In this document: piece after piece, positions 40,739 through 62,100 of the stretch
Position numbering within the stretch: position 1 is the first letter of the stretch
How the letters are laid out: every line of letters begins with the position of its first letter
NCBI RefSeq assembly: GCF_008831285.2
Contig: NC_045138.2
Location: forward strand, 32,736,001 to 32,800,000
Direction of reading: 5' to 3'
From: Nymphaea colorata
Taxonomy: Eukaryota
Length of the DNA stretch: 64,000 bases
Notes under the pieces: model-generated
What the model was told of the DNA's origin: nothing
The model's database searches: none
What the model saw: only the letters and a program-made list of their open reading frames with translations
Program-made: the position numbers and the translations under genes

Positions 40739-42536
40739 TCTAATTACCGGGCCCTCGGCAATCAAAGTTTGAAGCCCAGGCCCGACCCCGTTTATTACCC
40801 GGCCGGGCCCATTAATATAAGTCAGAGTTTGAAGCCCGGGCCCGACCCAGTTTATTACCGGGCCGGGCCCATTAATATAAGCTCGTTATCACTTATTTGA
40901 GAGCCCCGGCCCAGGCCCGAGTCGGGCCGGGTACCGAGTACCCGGTCCCGGTGCCCAGGCTTATTTGTAACACCCCAAAAATTTAGTCTCCTATTAAAGA
41001 TTGTGAGAGATCTTCAAGGTCATATAAAATGAGTCAGTAAAGAGATACTTGTCCTATCTCCTAGTCTTTTTGGGGTTGGAGCCGAAACGGATAGGGGGTG
41101 GGTTCAAATCTATCGAACCAGGGGGCCCGAGCACATGAGTAAGTCAGGTTGTTACAGTGGTATCAGAGTCGGTTCCAACACTCGAACTTAGGGTCTCACA
41201 CGCGCGGAGGTGTATGCCTTAAAAGGAGTGGATTGTAACACCTCCAGAAATTTAGTCTCATATTGAAGATTGTGAGAGATCTTCAAGGGCTTATAAAATG
41301 GATCATTAAAGAGATGGTTGTCCTGGTTCCTAGCCTTTTGGGGGGTTGAAGCCGAAACTGTTAAGGAGCGAGTTCGGATCCGCCGAACAGGGGGCCCGAG
41401 CCCAGGAGTGAGTCAGGTTGTTACAATATCATAGTCCATCCAATGAGCTACACTAAGTTACTAACTTGTTGCATGGGATCAGTCAGCTTAAAGCCATAAA
41501 CTACCTGAATTCAGACCCTAACAAAAATCCAAAAGGCGCCTCAGTTTGTATAAAACCCATAAGATATTGATTGAGCTCCTAGTAAATCTTGTAGACCAAA
41601 TCAGACACTAACCCCATCACTCGCAACATTTTTTGCCCAAATTATTGCACATCAAGTCATTGTAAACTGAGCAGATGCCCTATAAATTGAAAGTCACACA
41701 CTGGTAATAAAGAAATACTCTTCAACCTTTAAACAGCAAACAAAGAGCAAATAGATATGTCCAATTTAGAAAACTATCTATTGGCTTTCACATTCATAGA
41801 TGGAGAGCTTTCCTGACAAACCATCATTTATCTAACATGCCAATACACTTGATTACCACAAGCCAACCTGCAACAAATTAGACCATCCAGTAGTATTTTC
41901 ATTTTTTAATTCATTTAGTGCATTCTTTCCAGTTTTACATGAAACTAATGTCCTCATAACAATTTTCAAATAGTATGTGTAAGGATGATGGATAATGTAA
42001 ACTGGGTTGTTTCACATCATTGTGTATACTAGCGCTAAGGTACACTTTAATCCCTGTATTGCATCTGAAACACTAACAGAGGCTCCTGACCCACAAAGGG
42101 AATTCAGCTACGCAGCGTCCAAAGCAGAACAACACAAGGTGCCAAGCGAAATAGCACAACATAAATAAGATGAAGGACAGAAATGTAGCTAATAACCCCA
42201 CAAACCCCTTTCAAGGGACAAAGACTAAAGTCACTAAAACCGATGAATAAGAAATTAAGAATCAAACAAAGAGTTGCTACAAGCCTACAAGCATGATACT
42301 TTGAGAACCAAGCAAAGAAATCATGAACGTTGAATCCAAAGATTCAACTTTCCAAAGCAAAACACCAAACAAATAAGGGGGAAAAAAATCTATATCTCAA
42401 GAAAGCAACTTCCACCTGACAGCGGCCAAAGGGTCCGCAAATGCAATCTTAATCCGCCAAGCTTTTGAGAATACTTAATTATAGATGCACCACCAAGTAT
42501 GCTGCTCCCGCTACAAGAAGCGGAAGAAATGTCCAT
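34959..42536 (-). CDS. HISN8: Histidinol dehydrogenase, plastid-targeted (HDH), 14 coding exons
   Basis: Approximate exons: 42416-42536 ([12 protein letters not shown]..., Ser-rich transit-like), 39548-39675 (..[20 protein letters not shown]), 39400-39452, 39195-39267, 38840-38941, 38668-38769 ([15 protein letters not shown]), 38418-38489, 38286-38348 (ILKAGGAQ), 38153-38194, 37739-37798 ([16 protein letters not shown]), 37052-37162 ([15 protein letters not shown]), 36714-36881 (AEHGPDSQ), 35803-35893 (YAPEHL), 34959-35233 ([17 protein letters not shown]...*). Canonical HisD motifs, GT-AG introns, no disruptions seen. Confidence 0.96.
36008..36163. mobile_element. Small hAT-like MITE in HDH intron
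   Basis: Ends CAGTGGCG.../...CGCCACTG are inverted; AT-rich core; the flanking 8-mers only partly match (ATTGCATT/GATGCATC). Confidence 0.5.
36245..36651. mobile_element. hAT-like MITE (~407 bp) in HDH intron
   Basis: TIRs CTAAGTCACATGAGTAC / GTACCCATGTGACTTAG (16/17 match), GGTACG subterminal repeats, flanks CTTCCTAG / CTTCCTGA (imperfect 8-bp TSD), internal (AT)n. Confidence 0.72.
40048..41425 (+). mobile_element. TRIM (terminal-repeat retrotransposon in miniature), interrupted by the hAT element
   Basis: LTRs TGTAAC...GTTACA at 40966-41156 and 41234-41425 (~191/192 bp). The 77-bp internal region has PBS TGGTATCAGAG (tRNA-iMet type) and PPT AAAAGGAGTGGAT. 5-bp TSD ATATC at 40043-40047 and 41426-41430. 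Confidence 0.92.
40054..40963. mobile_element. Non-autonomous hAT-type element (~910 bp) inserted into the 5' LTR of a TRIM
   Basis: TIRs TAAGCCTGGGCA / TGCCCAGGCTTA, 8-bp TSD TCTGTAAC (40046-40053) / TTTGTAAC (40964-40971), dense GGGCC/CCCGG subterminal repeats, and internal tandem duplications (26-bp x2 ~40157-40210; 60-bp x2 ~40764-40881). Confidence 0.85.
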
Positions 42537-43339
42537 CTACAGCTTCTGAGAGCCTTCCTGCATTCCTCACTCAAATAATTTATATCCCATATGGGAACTT
42601 AGACATAACTCTGAAACAACTTACAGAGATCCATAAAAAACAGGAACTACTTGAAAAGTATGGAAAAAAATTTGAAGGATCAAAAGTTCCAAATAGACAA
42701 AAACTTTGCGGAAGATTAAGGCTTTGAGGTTGCACGGCTTAAGAATGAATGATCGGTCAACAACTAGCAACAAGGCAACAAGAGTATCAATCCCATTACT
42801 ATAACATTGGAGATAAAAAAATGTACAAAAGAAAGTGAAGAACCGAGAACTTAATCAAACTCAGAATTCGAAGATACTCGCAGTATAAGGACGACTACAA
42901 GTTTCCCCTAACACAGTAGATGGCAATCAATGCCACTACTTTATCTGACACTGTTCGATGAAAATGAGAAAGTCGTGCAATAACTAACAACGAAAGACTA
43001 GCAACGGGGATCCCCTCAATTTTTGGCAACATTGATCTTACCGGAGTTGGAATCCCTTGCAGCCGTGAGCAACGTCCGCCGGTAGCTGTTGCCTTGGACA
43101 CGACAGAGGCTTGTCGTCCGGAATGAATTCTGGCGAGGAGGGAGGGAGACACCGAGGAAAAGGCCGGTTATCGCGGGTAGAGAGATTTTGTTCAAGACAA
43201 AAGGGATAGAAAGTGGCTGGATCGTGCGTCGAGACAACAAGAGAGACAAAGAGAAAAGATTTTTCAAAATGTGCGACTTAGTTTTTTATCTATTCACAAT
43301 CACGCCAATTCTTTCTTTTTTTCTCAGTTAAGTGTTTTC

Positions 43340-44062
43340 CCAACATCGTCTATTCGAATCAACAAACAAACAAATGCACCATCTCAACCGGTCTTGCAGC
43401 TTTGACCATACTCAGCTAGTAGTGCGATCCAAGAAATCACATTCCGTGGCAAAAGAATTTCATCGAACAACTGAAGTGAATTCTCGACTTCACCAACACC
43501 GACATACCCTGAAATAATGGAGTACAGATCTCTCTCAGGCATTTCACCAAATACTTGCTCCACGGTATTAATGGAATGAAATGACGTGTAAAAGCTAAAT
43601 CACTGTTAGAGATCTGCGTCACTGTCTCTTGCCCTGCTTTTCTTTCTCCTTCTTCGTTGATCAGATAGTTTCAGTGTATGGGCATGGATATGCTTGCCTT
43701 CCTCAATGGCCAAGATATGTCGACAGACCGTTAGCATCACGATAAAGGTGAAATTACTCGGATTAATGGAATTTTCAAGCATTTCACAGGATGATAAGAT
43801 CGAATTCCTTGGAAGGCAGTTGACGGTGTAGCATTTAATCATGATATTCCAGAAGAAGTCGTTTACAAGAGGCAGATGATCAAAGATTGCGGCATGCACC
43901 TGAACTCGGAAACTTCTCGAGGAAATGGTTATGGAAAGGGAAGCCATGGACGACGAACTGAACATGAACCTCATGGATTTGCTCGGTGCTCCAATTCTTC
44001 CACAAGTAAAGGAGCGAGAGATTTACAAGAAATGAAAGAACCGTCGGCCTGATCATCACCAT
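43340..44062 (-). pseudogene. Frameshifted PLS-class pentatricopeptide repeat (PPR) gene remnant
   Basis: Consecutive fragments in different frames: MVMIRPT...EQIHEVHVQFVVHG; HAAIFDHLPLVNDFFWNIMIKCY...NPSNFTFIVMLTVCRHILAIEEGKHIHAHTLK; EQVFGEMPERDLYSIISGYVGVGEVENSLQLFDEILLPRNVISWIALLAEYGQ, followed by stops. These are typical P/L/S motif signatures. Confidence 0.82.
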
Positions 44063-44097
44063 CCGACGAGAGAGAGAGAGAGATGAGCACGTCTTAC

Positions 44098-44180
44098 CTG
44101 AGAATATCTGGACCAGAGGAAAGCTGCTGAAGAGAATGACGCAAGGCCGCCGGAGAAGCAGCGGCCAAAGAGAAGAAGAT
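44098..44180 (-). other. Probable non-coding first exon (5'UTR) of HDH
   Basis: Strong donor CAG|GTAAGAC at ~44097 on the minus strand after a CT-rich leader, and an acceptor TGCAG at ~42558 just upstream of the HDH ATG (42536). Inferred; no transcript data. Confidence 0.5.
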
Positions 44181-44923
44181 TAAAAATATCTATAGTCGGA
44201 CTTATTTCCCGCGCTCATCAAACGCGTTTGTAACGTGTTTGCAAACACAAATTTAGTATCATGGGGATCAAGGCTATACTTTCACTGGTATATCGGCTCG
44301 CCTTTTCCCCGTCTCTTCCTCACCGGAACATTTTTTTTCCTTATTTTTAAGCACAAAAATCAAAATGTCGTTTGGTTGGTAAAAATATTTCAAGTCAAAC
44401 GAATTGTGCCTTATGACTTGATCTTAATTTTAGGCTTTCTGGGACCTAACGATTAAACAATAAGCGGATTTCAACACCATATATTTCAGATTCAAATTAA
44501 GTAGCAAAAAAATTTGGTAGCTGAAGTTTTTCCTAGAGAAACCGAACGTATAAGTTTGTTTTGATCTTCCCCTTCTTTCTTTAAGCTTGAAAAAGTAAGC
44601 CTTTCGGTCTAATCATATCAACTCAGGTCGGCCAATATGCAACTTACTATCTAGTATCTACTGAAGAAATTGGCCAGCCAAAATACGACGTAAATCCTAA
44701 TAATAATATTGTTCTATAGTCCATCAAACACCTCCATAAGCATGTTGGAGCGTTTAAAATGCCACTTACTAATAACAAGTCGAGAGCCTATCTCCCAGCA
44801 GCGCCTTGGTAGGAACATGGCACTCTAATTTCAAAATAAAAAGGAAAAAATCATTCCATAAAATAAAGTTAAAATCATCAAATAGAAAAAAAAAAGTTCA
44901 AGGCATATTTGTTCATTTGTTGC

Positions 44924-44924
<1 letters not shown>

Positions 44925-44961
<37 letters not shown>
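44925..44961. repeat. (AG)n microsatellite
   Basis: Direct reading. Confidence 0.95.
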
Positions 44962-44964
<3 letters not shown>

Positions 44965-47900
44965 CTAAGAATCTTTAAGTTGGTGAAAGTTATACATTGA
45001 TTTAGCCATCATCTAATGTGTAGATTAAAGTAACAATTTTTTGTATTCAACCTGATAGGATGCCCTTTTCTTCCGAATAATTTAATAAAAAACACGTTCC
45101 TTCTTTCGTCCGTTAATAAAGATGGTACACTGGCTGGAACTTCCAAAACAAATTGAGTAATAAATAAACAACTTTGATTGAGTGTGGCGCTTTTTGTACA
45201 ATGCAACAGCTTTTTTTGCAGTTGTCTGTCTGTTTTGTACGCATTTGCCTTTCCCACATCTTCCAATTATGACCGTGATGATGCGCAATGTGCTTTCCTC
45301 GGTGGCAGAGGCCACAGCCCTTTCCATAATTCATCTATTAATAAAAAACAACAAATTCATTTTAAAATACCGTTCAATCAGCTAAGTACCGAATATTGAG
45401 TTGGCGGCTCGGTGGTAAGTAAGACCTGTCAACAAAAATTTTCAATATATTTTTCATTGATTTTATTTATATTTCGAGCAAACTAAGCAATATATATATA
45501 TAATATAATACATAAATTGAAATCAGTTTGCAATCGATGTTATCGGATGGTGAGATATTTAAATCATGCTGTTAGAAAAGTATCATATCATAAACTCGTC
45601 ACCATAAATAAACTACAGTTACACCATAAACTGTTCTAATGCTCTTGCTATAGTTTTTAAATATCGTGTCATCTAGCAATAGTAGCCAACTGACTTCAAC
45701 ATATATCTCCCTCGTGGCTACAATATAAACTTTTGCTAATGCTTTTGTGACCATTTTTAAATGTTATGTCATCCAGCAATATATGGTAGCCAATTAAAAT
45801 TCTCTCTCTCTCTCTTTATATATATATATCTGTACATTTAAACAAAAAATATCATAATTTGAAATTGTAGGGAGGCCGTGGGATGACGCTCTTGGAGATG
45901 AGGATAAATAAATCTGACCCACAAACAGTAGAATAAATTTGTTTTCGGTCCATGATCGGTGGGGACGGGGTTGTTTGAAATGGACCCCACGCAGGCTGCT
46001 GGTTGGTGGTGGTCCCCTCCGGCCACCATGCATTCCGGTGATATCAACTGGGCCCCGCCACCGCAAATGCTCCACAACTCATACCGGCCAACCCACTCGA
46101 GCCCGTCTTCACCAAAACCGAATCGATCCGTTGGCAGCAGTTCTGGGTCGACTGTCGAGTCGTTTGGGTAAATTTTATTTTCTTCCTCTCGCCTGTAAAA
46201 GTAAAACAAAATTTCGTCCCAATATTTTACGGACTACGGTCTTTAGTTGCTTGGATTTAGTGAAAACTTAAAAAGATTTAAGTGTCACCTTGTTATTTTA
46301 CTAAAGTCTTATTTTATTTTGGCAAAATCCAAGTCAAAATTCTTGTTGGTGTGTTTCATGAATGTTATGAAGTTCCGCTTGATTCTTTTCTCTTAAAGCG
46401 AAGAAAAGAAGAACCATCTCTGCAATTGCACGCAAGAATAATAAGATATTGTGGTTTCCTCATGCTTACTGTTAAGTCTGGCATGGAAAATACCTATTGG
46501 AGTTCAACATTATTAACAAATAAAAGCCGGTTAGATTACTCGCATGCCCACCCAACCTGCAACATTCAGGACAAGGGTGTGTTTGTTAAACCAGGGATCT
46601 CAAATTCTTGATGATTTGAGATATCTGGGGATATTAAATTCATGGATTTGAGGTCATACCTTCCTCGTCGAGCCTCAAATCAGAAGTTTTTAGTGGAGAA
46701 ATGTGGATTTAAGATCCACGTTTTTCACTCATGTGCAGATTTTCCACTGTTTGTTTAAATAGTGGGCCCCATAGAACGAGGATTTGATATCAGAAGGGAA
46801 CTCGGATCCACGGGCAAACAAATGCTCCCAATGTTACATGAGCAAAATGTGGATCAAGTTTGATAGATAAGTGGTAAACTCTGGCTGTTTTAATTAGAAT
46901 ATTTTTCTAAAGAAAAATCTTCATGAAGGGCCCGAATCACCTAACATTGGTTGACCGACGAGAGGTCAATACAAAAAGAAGATAAAATAAAATGGTCATA
47001 CTGTTCTCTATAGGTCAAGAACTTCCATCGTCGCGCCGCCTTAGTAATTTATTGAAGAAAATGGTGACATCGTTCTTCCCCTGATTAAAAAAAAAAAAAT
47101 TGCCATTCGAAACAGTACAATGTTTAAACTTATTTAAATGAATTTGACTAAAAAAAATTGCTATTCAAAACAGTACAGTAATTATCAAAGAAAGGTCTCA
47201 ATTTATTTAAATTTGAACTCCTATTGATTATAGTGAGTTATATACTTGTATCATTGAGAACTTCCATATCTGCAGTGCATCTCTCTTTTACGTAATGTAT
47301 ATAAAGAATCTGCCGAACCATAACTTGGCCATGTGAGGAAGAAAGTTTGGTCACCTAAATCAGATTGGTCCTTATCAGTTAAACTTAACCCAACGAAAAC
47401 TCTGACCTCTTGAACATCCCTTCAACTCGCAGTATATTCGTCAGGGTGTGACTGAGAAGGTTTTATACAATTTCTATGTTTCACATTTTAGGAACCCTCC
47501 AAAGATTGATGACCACTTAGTTTTAAAACATTTATTAGGGTGTATCTGATAGTCTTGTATTTCAGATCAGAGGCTGTTTTGAAGTCTCTTTTATGTGGTG
47601 GGACCTCAAATCCTTAGATATGAGATCTCCAGAATCCATTGATCTCAAATCGCCTACAATCCATGTGCATGAGAAGTAAACTAAATTTTACATTCGTATG
47701 CTTTTCTTAGTGAGTGCTTTGTTCCCTCGCGTGTCGGCCAAAGATTAAAGGCTTGATATTCATATGATAGTCATCAAAAGTGCGTTGAACTTCAGTATTC
47801 ACCAAATCGGTGCATACCAAACCGATACGCCGGAGGAAATGGGAGGGGGAAAAACCAGGGAAGGGAGGGCGATAAAGTCAAAAATTGAAGTGGTTTTATT

Positions 47901-48060
47901 CCCCAAGCGGGTTCATTTCGCTCAGAGGAGAGAGAGAGAGAGAGCGAGCGTCGTCCTTCATTTGGCTCTCTCTCTCTCGATCAGAGCCCCTGCCCTTCTT
48001 CTCCCTTCTTCTCTCGCGATCAGATCCCGTCTGGGCAGCTCGGGCAGAACGGGCAGCAGC

Positions 48061-56058
<7,998 letters not shown>

Positions 56059-59033
56059 GAGAACAAATTTTAGGGTGGCAGTGTAGGGATTACAATTTCA
56101 GTAATGGTGGTTGCAATGCTATTTTCTCCCATTCTTGCTCTGCTGAGTCCTGGCATTTGGGCAGTTCAGTTTTTTGATGCCTTGAAATGCGTCAGTGGAT
56201 GTGCTTGGAATAATAAAAGGAGTTGGCTGTGATTTGCATACTTATATGGAATGCCGTTGTGTTAGGGGTCAGAATCAGGTGATCGTCTAAACAAAAGGGT
56301 TGGCTGTATAATATTAGAGCCCATAAACGGAGGACATTGGTTTGTAAAATTTGCTCTTTTATAGTTGACGAACCATTTATTCATGGTATGGTCTTGCATG
56401 CGTCACTCAACTGCAGCTTTTGGTTATTTTTCGAATCAAAATAGAAAATTATGATTTTTTTTTTCTAGTTTTCCTTTTTGTCGCTGGGAATCAATGAAAT
56501 TTGCTTAACGAGCCATTCTGAATGGGGAATACAAATGCTATATCTTTGTTTTCGTTTTGTCATTTTCTTACAATACTTAATTCAGATAATTCCATTCTTT
56601 GTTTTGCATCGTTTTTTTCATGCTTTTTTGGTAGAAGGATTGGGTCGGCTGAGCTTGCCACTTGTTGAGTTATATCCGTGTTAGATTGCATTGGGTCCTT
56701 CTGGTTGAATACTTTTTTTCTCCAATATCAACCTGCTAGGTCTCCTCTCTGTAGCAGCTTTCAAACAACTGGTTAACCCCTTCACATTTTCACCTTTCAA
56801 CTGGGTGATTCGATGAAAGGTTGGGATTGCCCCTTCTTCCCTGTTCAGGGATATTTTGGGATTTATGTAAATTTATAGTTATACTTTTCAATTCAAGAAT
56901 AACATCTGTTACCTTTTTGCCGTCCAAAAGAGTAACTGACTATAAGAATTTAAAATTTAGATTCTTTTCTCCCGAGCAGCTTTACTGCCCGATTATGCGC
57001 CCCCCCTGGGGCTTTCACCTTTTACCAATTACCATCGGCCTTTGCTTAAAGTTGGCCCTTCCACATCCCTTGTAGGTGTTACCTAACCTTTTGAAGATTT
57101 TTCACTGATGGTACCTGGTCTTCATGGGCCAAAATACAGAAACTCGTGGATTCACTAAGTTGGCTCTTTGCAAGATCTGGTCATTAATGCCGGCTTATCT
57201 TGGCAAGTTGGGGGTAAAGTGAAGGCGCATGGAGGCGCGATAACCTATGCCCCACCGCGTTTAATCTGACCGAAGGCACGCAAATCAAGGAGAGGGCGAC
57301 TATATGAATGGTGCTCGCCGTTGAAAGGAAACAGAAAGACCCAAACGAGTTATCACCCTGTCAAGTGGGCGGTCAGGTTCCGAAGCCCTTGTAAAAAGCC
57401 AAGTAAACCGAGACGTTTCTTCCTATCGCAAGTTCCAGTCGTGACATGAGGACCCTCTCTTCTCTTTCCATAAAAGTTGCTCCGGTGTTAACCAATAATC
57501 CTGCGTAATGAAGTGTATCAGTGTATCTGCTGATACGTATCGCATTCTCTCCCTTGCATTCACAATACAAGGCCGATATAGGTTTTTATCTTAAGATAAA
57601 TGAAAGTATTTTACCTTATCATTTAAATTAAAAAATACAAAAAGGCGATACAAGCTGATACATGACGGTACGCAATGTCGGGTACGCCATATCGTTGAGC
57701 ATATCAATACGACAAACGTACCGGATTTCACAACATTGCATCATATCTCTAGAATAAGGACAATTGACTAGACCTTCGTACGGCATCACTTTTTTCTTTT
57801 TTTCAAAAATAACAACTAGCTACTAAATTAGATTTAGTGATGAATTCAAATGATTTTGTTGCTGCTTGCATCGCCCTTCTATAGCAAGAGATGAATGCCT
57901 TCGATGGATTTCCAATGCTCGAACAATCATTCAACTCGATGAATTTCACAAGTCACTTCTCCTAGTTGAATAAACAACCTTACAGATCTCTTTACAGAAG
58001 CAGAGTGCCCAAATCCAACCCGTTAACAATTATGCATTTGACTCACAAGTCGCCCCTCCTCGGTGAGCAAAAACCATGTCTAATTAACATGTCTGCATTC
58101 CATTGGCAGCTAGACTCCTTTCGGAGGCCGAAGTGTCTGAATTCCATTGGCGGCCATAACGCCGTATACTCATTTAAGTCATCTCTACTTAGGTGATCAA
58201 TGAAACCTCATAAAAGTCCTTTTCGAAAAGGCTGACGTGGCCGATCCCCATTTGCGGAGACTGCATGACGTGGATTTCGCATATCTTAGCTACCAAGTTT
58301 AGATGATCTAACCACAGATGCACTTAAAGGCAGTGGATCTGGTGGTCCTGTTATTCAAAAGAAAGGAAAGCAGGCGGAGAATACAAGCTTTTTGTTCAAC
58401 TAAGTAAAAGGGTGCATGAGAATCTCAAGGCCAGCTGGTGCAGTTTTGAGGCTTTACATGGTGGAAGAGAAACTCCCATAATTCTAAAAGGGAGAAAAAA
58501 GTGCTTCTGCTCTCACCTTTAACGTGTACCGCAGAAGGATTCTACTTCAAACACCACCACAAGCCCAAAAGGAGAAAGAATCAACCTATGGCCTAACTCT
58601 ATTATAAAAGATTGGGCGTGGTTAACTGACTTTATAGAGTTATGTACAGTTCATTTTGTTTTTAATAACGAGGAGGCTTGCCTTTGAGTGTCATGAACGA
58701 TATCCTCTTTCATTATCGAGATTATAAAAGGAAAACGAGCAATTGTATAAGAACACACTTTGTTTTTTTATAGTTCTGAAACAATACACTCTTCCGCATT
58801 CTTCCTACATCCACAACTGCCCTTGACCTCTGCTCTTTCGTTGGAGTAGGAGGATTAATTCTTTACACAAGCAAGAGATGGAGCCCCTTTCTTTCCCTTA
58901 TCTTTATGGTCCAGAGCTGCGTAGTGCCAACTGACCTGAGATCTTCACGTACTCTGAAGACACTTTCTTTTATGGTACAAAAACATAACTTTTTGTGAGT
59001 CAAATCCAAAATGCATCACATATATGTTTCAGG

Positions 59034-59125
59034 TAAGCCTGGACACCAGGTCGGACTGGTACCTGGTACCCAGTTCGACTCGAGCCAGGCCCAGGATAAA
59101 GGGCACCGGCCAGCCTGATAAAAGG
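59034..59125. mobile_element. Degenerate terminal fragment of the same hAT-type family as 40054-40963
   Basis: TAAGCCTGGACACCAGGTCGGACTGGTACCTGGTACCCAGTTCGACTCGAGCC resembles the reverse complement of the right end of the 40054 element; no matching second end seen. Confidence 0.5.
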
Positions 59126-62100
59126 ATCTGGTAACAGCACCTGCTCCCTCCCCCCGTCCTTTGGAGAAGAGGATCTGGTAACAGCATCTTCTTCCTCTTC
59201 TAATATATCACATGACATGCAGCTATCCATAATATACACTTAAATGGAGCCCGCTTACATATTATTCCGCTGATTGGTAGAGCTCGTTATTGCTTTTTTG
59301 CCAGAAAATTTGTTTTATTTACATAGTGATACTTAAATTCATTTCTACTGTTTATACATATAAGAGAAACCCTTAGCCAAAAATTTTTAGCTTCATCACC
59401 GACTCCACCGCTGGAGAAAGAAACCGAGTATACCCGGTCAAATTACAGTAACCTCTCGTCCTCTCTAACTGTACAACGTGTTGAAGATTTCAACCTAATT
59501 CTCATGTCATGTTTCACGTTTTACCCCGAATGTTGTCGCGACCAGCGGTGGTGGTTGAGGTGAAACAGTTCCCTTAATGAATGACACCACCCTTTGAAAT
59601 CAAACAAAGGCGAAATCTCAGAAGTTGTGTAAGGAGACTATATTGTTCAAATCTGTTTGAATCGGCTTAGTTAGGTCAGCGACGAATACGATGCAGTAAG
59701 TGCATTTGATTCAGGTTAATAATATTATTTTTAGTTTTAGCCGTTGTGCACCTTATTGCTATTTAATCTTTTCTTCTAATGAATTGCTTGCTTGCGAAAC
59801 CTTGTCTCACTCAATTTTCATAGTATTTCATTTTTTTTTTTTTAAAAAAAAGTTCAACAATCTTATAAGTTTGAGTACTTGAAAAGAAATCAAGCACTTC
59901 GATTCAACTTGCTTCAGAGGTACTAATTTTGCGAATCATTGCAACAACCGGCCGGGGTTTGGAACGACTTCCCGATGATCCGTTGTCTTTGTTGTGGTGT
60001 GAAATGATGCATGAAGTAGCATGTCAATGGATAGAAAAAAACATTATTTTGCATATATAACAACGTTATGACCCGTGAATCTAAGAACTTAAACAACTTT
60101 TCATGTGTGGTAGTTGTAGATCGATCAAGACAGGTAAGTATGGGCTTGCTTAGGTAATTGCCCATGCAAATCCACATAAATTGCTTATTTATATGTTCAT
60201 CTTTCATAGACATTTACTTATTTACGTATTGGTTGCTCTTTAAAAATTGTAATTTGAAGTATTAGCGCCTCTCCGGGCAGAGCCATGCCGCAAAATTTTT
60301 ACATACCAAAACTTTTTAAAAAATTCTATTCTTTAGAAAAATTATTGGTGGCCTCAGTGAAAATCTTAAAAAATTTCATTTAGTATCTAGCTGGATTGCT
60401 TTTGCCCCATTAAACAAAATCCTGTCTTGGCTCCAGGTGCTTGCCTCTCAACCAGAAATTTCTACCTTCATTGCTGCACACAAGTTCTTGTGGTTGCATG
60501 CGGTTTTTCATTAGTTTGGTACGCCCTGGGAGAGTGCCATGTGTAGAAGAGGAGAGATCGAAGTTTGACAGCTCTCTTCCTGGGTTAGGTGGACGGTCAT
60601 GACACCGCCGGCGCCGGCCTCCATGAAACTAAAAAATGAGGAAAATTAAAGCTTTCCTCTTGTAGCTGAACTGATGGCAGCTGCATCGCCGGCTTTTTCT
60701 TCACTCTTAGGCGTCTTGGTAGTTACTACTTCCCTGCCATTCTTTGGCTTTCCTTGACGCGTGCTTTCCTTTTCCTATTGCCTGATGCTAATTGCTACCA
60801 ACCAGTTAAAAGAGGCCAGGAGAACGTAAGTTTGACAAAGTTAAAAACCTAATTTTAAAACTATTTTATGACATTTAGGGATCTTTATGCATTTGATTTT
60901 GAATCATATTTTTTTCGAAAATATTGAATATAAAAAAATTAATATCCAATCAAGTAATTTAGATCAGATTCAAATTTAGCTAATGGCACGTGGCCGGCGT
61001 CGAAGTGGCCACGACACGGAGTGGAGCGAAAACAACTGGCAATAATTTGAAGGCCACAGAATGAACGACGGTGGGAATGTCGTTTCAGGATCTCTAATTG
61101 CACGACACTGGAATTGCACCATGTATCTACCCAGGTTTCGAAGTAAGTCACAACCTTAAGAGCATGGGCAAAGGCAAGAGGGCCGATAGGATCCATGACC
61201 CTCTACGGATTTTTTTTTTAAAAAAAGTCAAACTTTACTTATAAATTTTAAAAATCTTAGTTTAATTTATATGAAAATTTTGAAAAATTACGTTTCGCTA
61301 AAACTGTATATAATTTGGCCATGTGATAAAAATCGCTCCACCCTGTTTGGGGGTATAAAATTCATATAAGTAAAGCATTAAAAAGAAAACTAAAAATATT
61401 CTTCCAGGGGCATCTTGGCACGTAGGTTGATTTAAGACATTCAAACTCCTGTAAGTTGCAATTACTTGGATATCTTAGATACATATGATACTCAGTCACA
61501 AATTTCAGAAACAAGAGACGCATCGTCATCCTAGACTGTTATACATCCAAGATATATTCCATTCTGAAAGATGTTTGACTGCGAACGAATTTAATTTCTG
61601 AAATCATATATCAACCTGCAAATCCATTGCCTGACTCGTTAGTTTGCTCTCGAGACAGGCCGCATGGTCCACTTCTTAGAACACGCCACCGTCCTCCTTT
61701 GTCCAAGCTTCTGATGTGTCCACCAACTTTTTCATCTGATGGTCATGGTGGGCTTCCCCATTGATCGTCAAAGGCAAAAGAAAGCTTGTTTGCTTATTGT
61801 TGGCTCTTTCTTATCACAACCGTCTGCCTTGTTGAAGCCAAACACCTCCAAATTCAGGCCAACAAGACAGGCCTGGCTCAAGATCTTACACGTTGAAGGA
61901 GTCGACCGTGGACGGTTTACGTACGGGTCAGATACGACCATGACCGTGACAGCCTCTCGAACCAAAGACAAGTTGTTATTCTTTATTATCAACTTAGGAG
62001 CACCGACTTAATGCCGTGTGCAGAGAGTCCCTTTAACCTTTTAAATTTGATTAAAGCAGAAATATTATTTTTCAAATTTTTTTATATAGAACAAGTGAAA

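Noticed and set aside
40422..40765. Pro-rich / Gly-rich ORFs
   Set aside because: Low-complexity interior of the hAT-type element within an intron.
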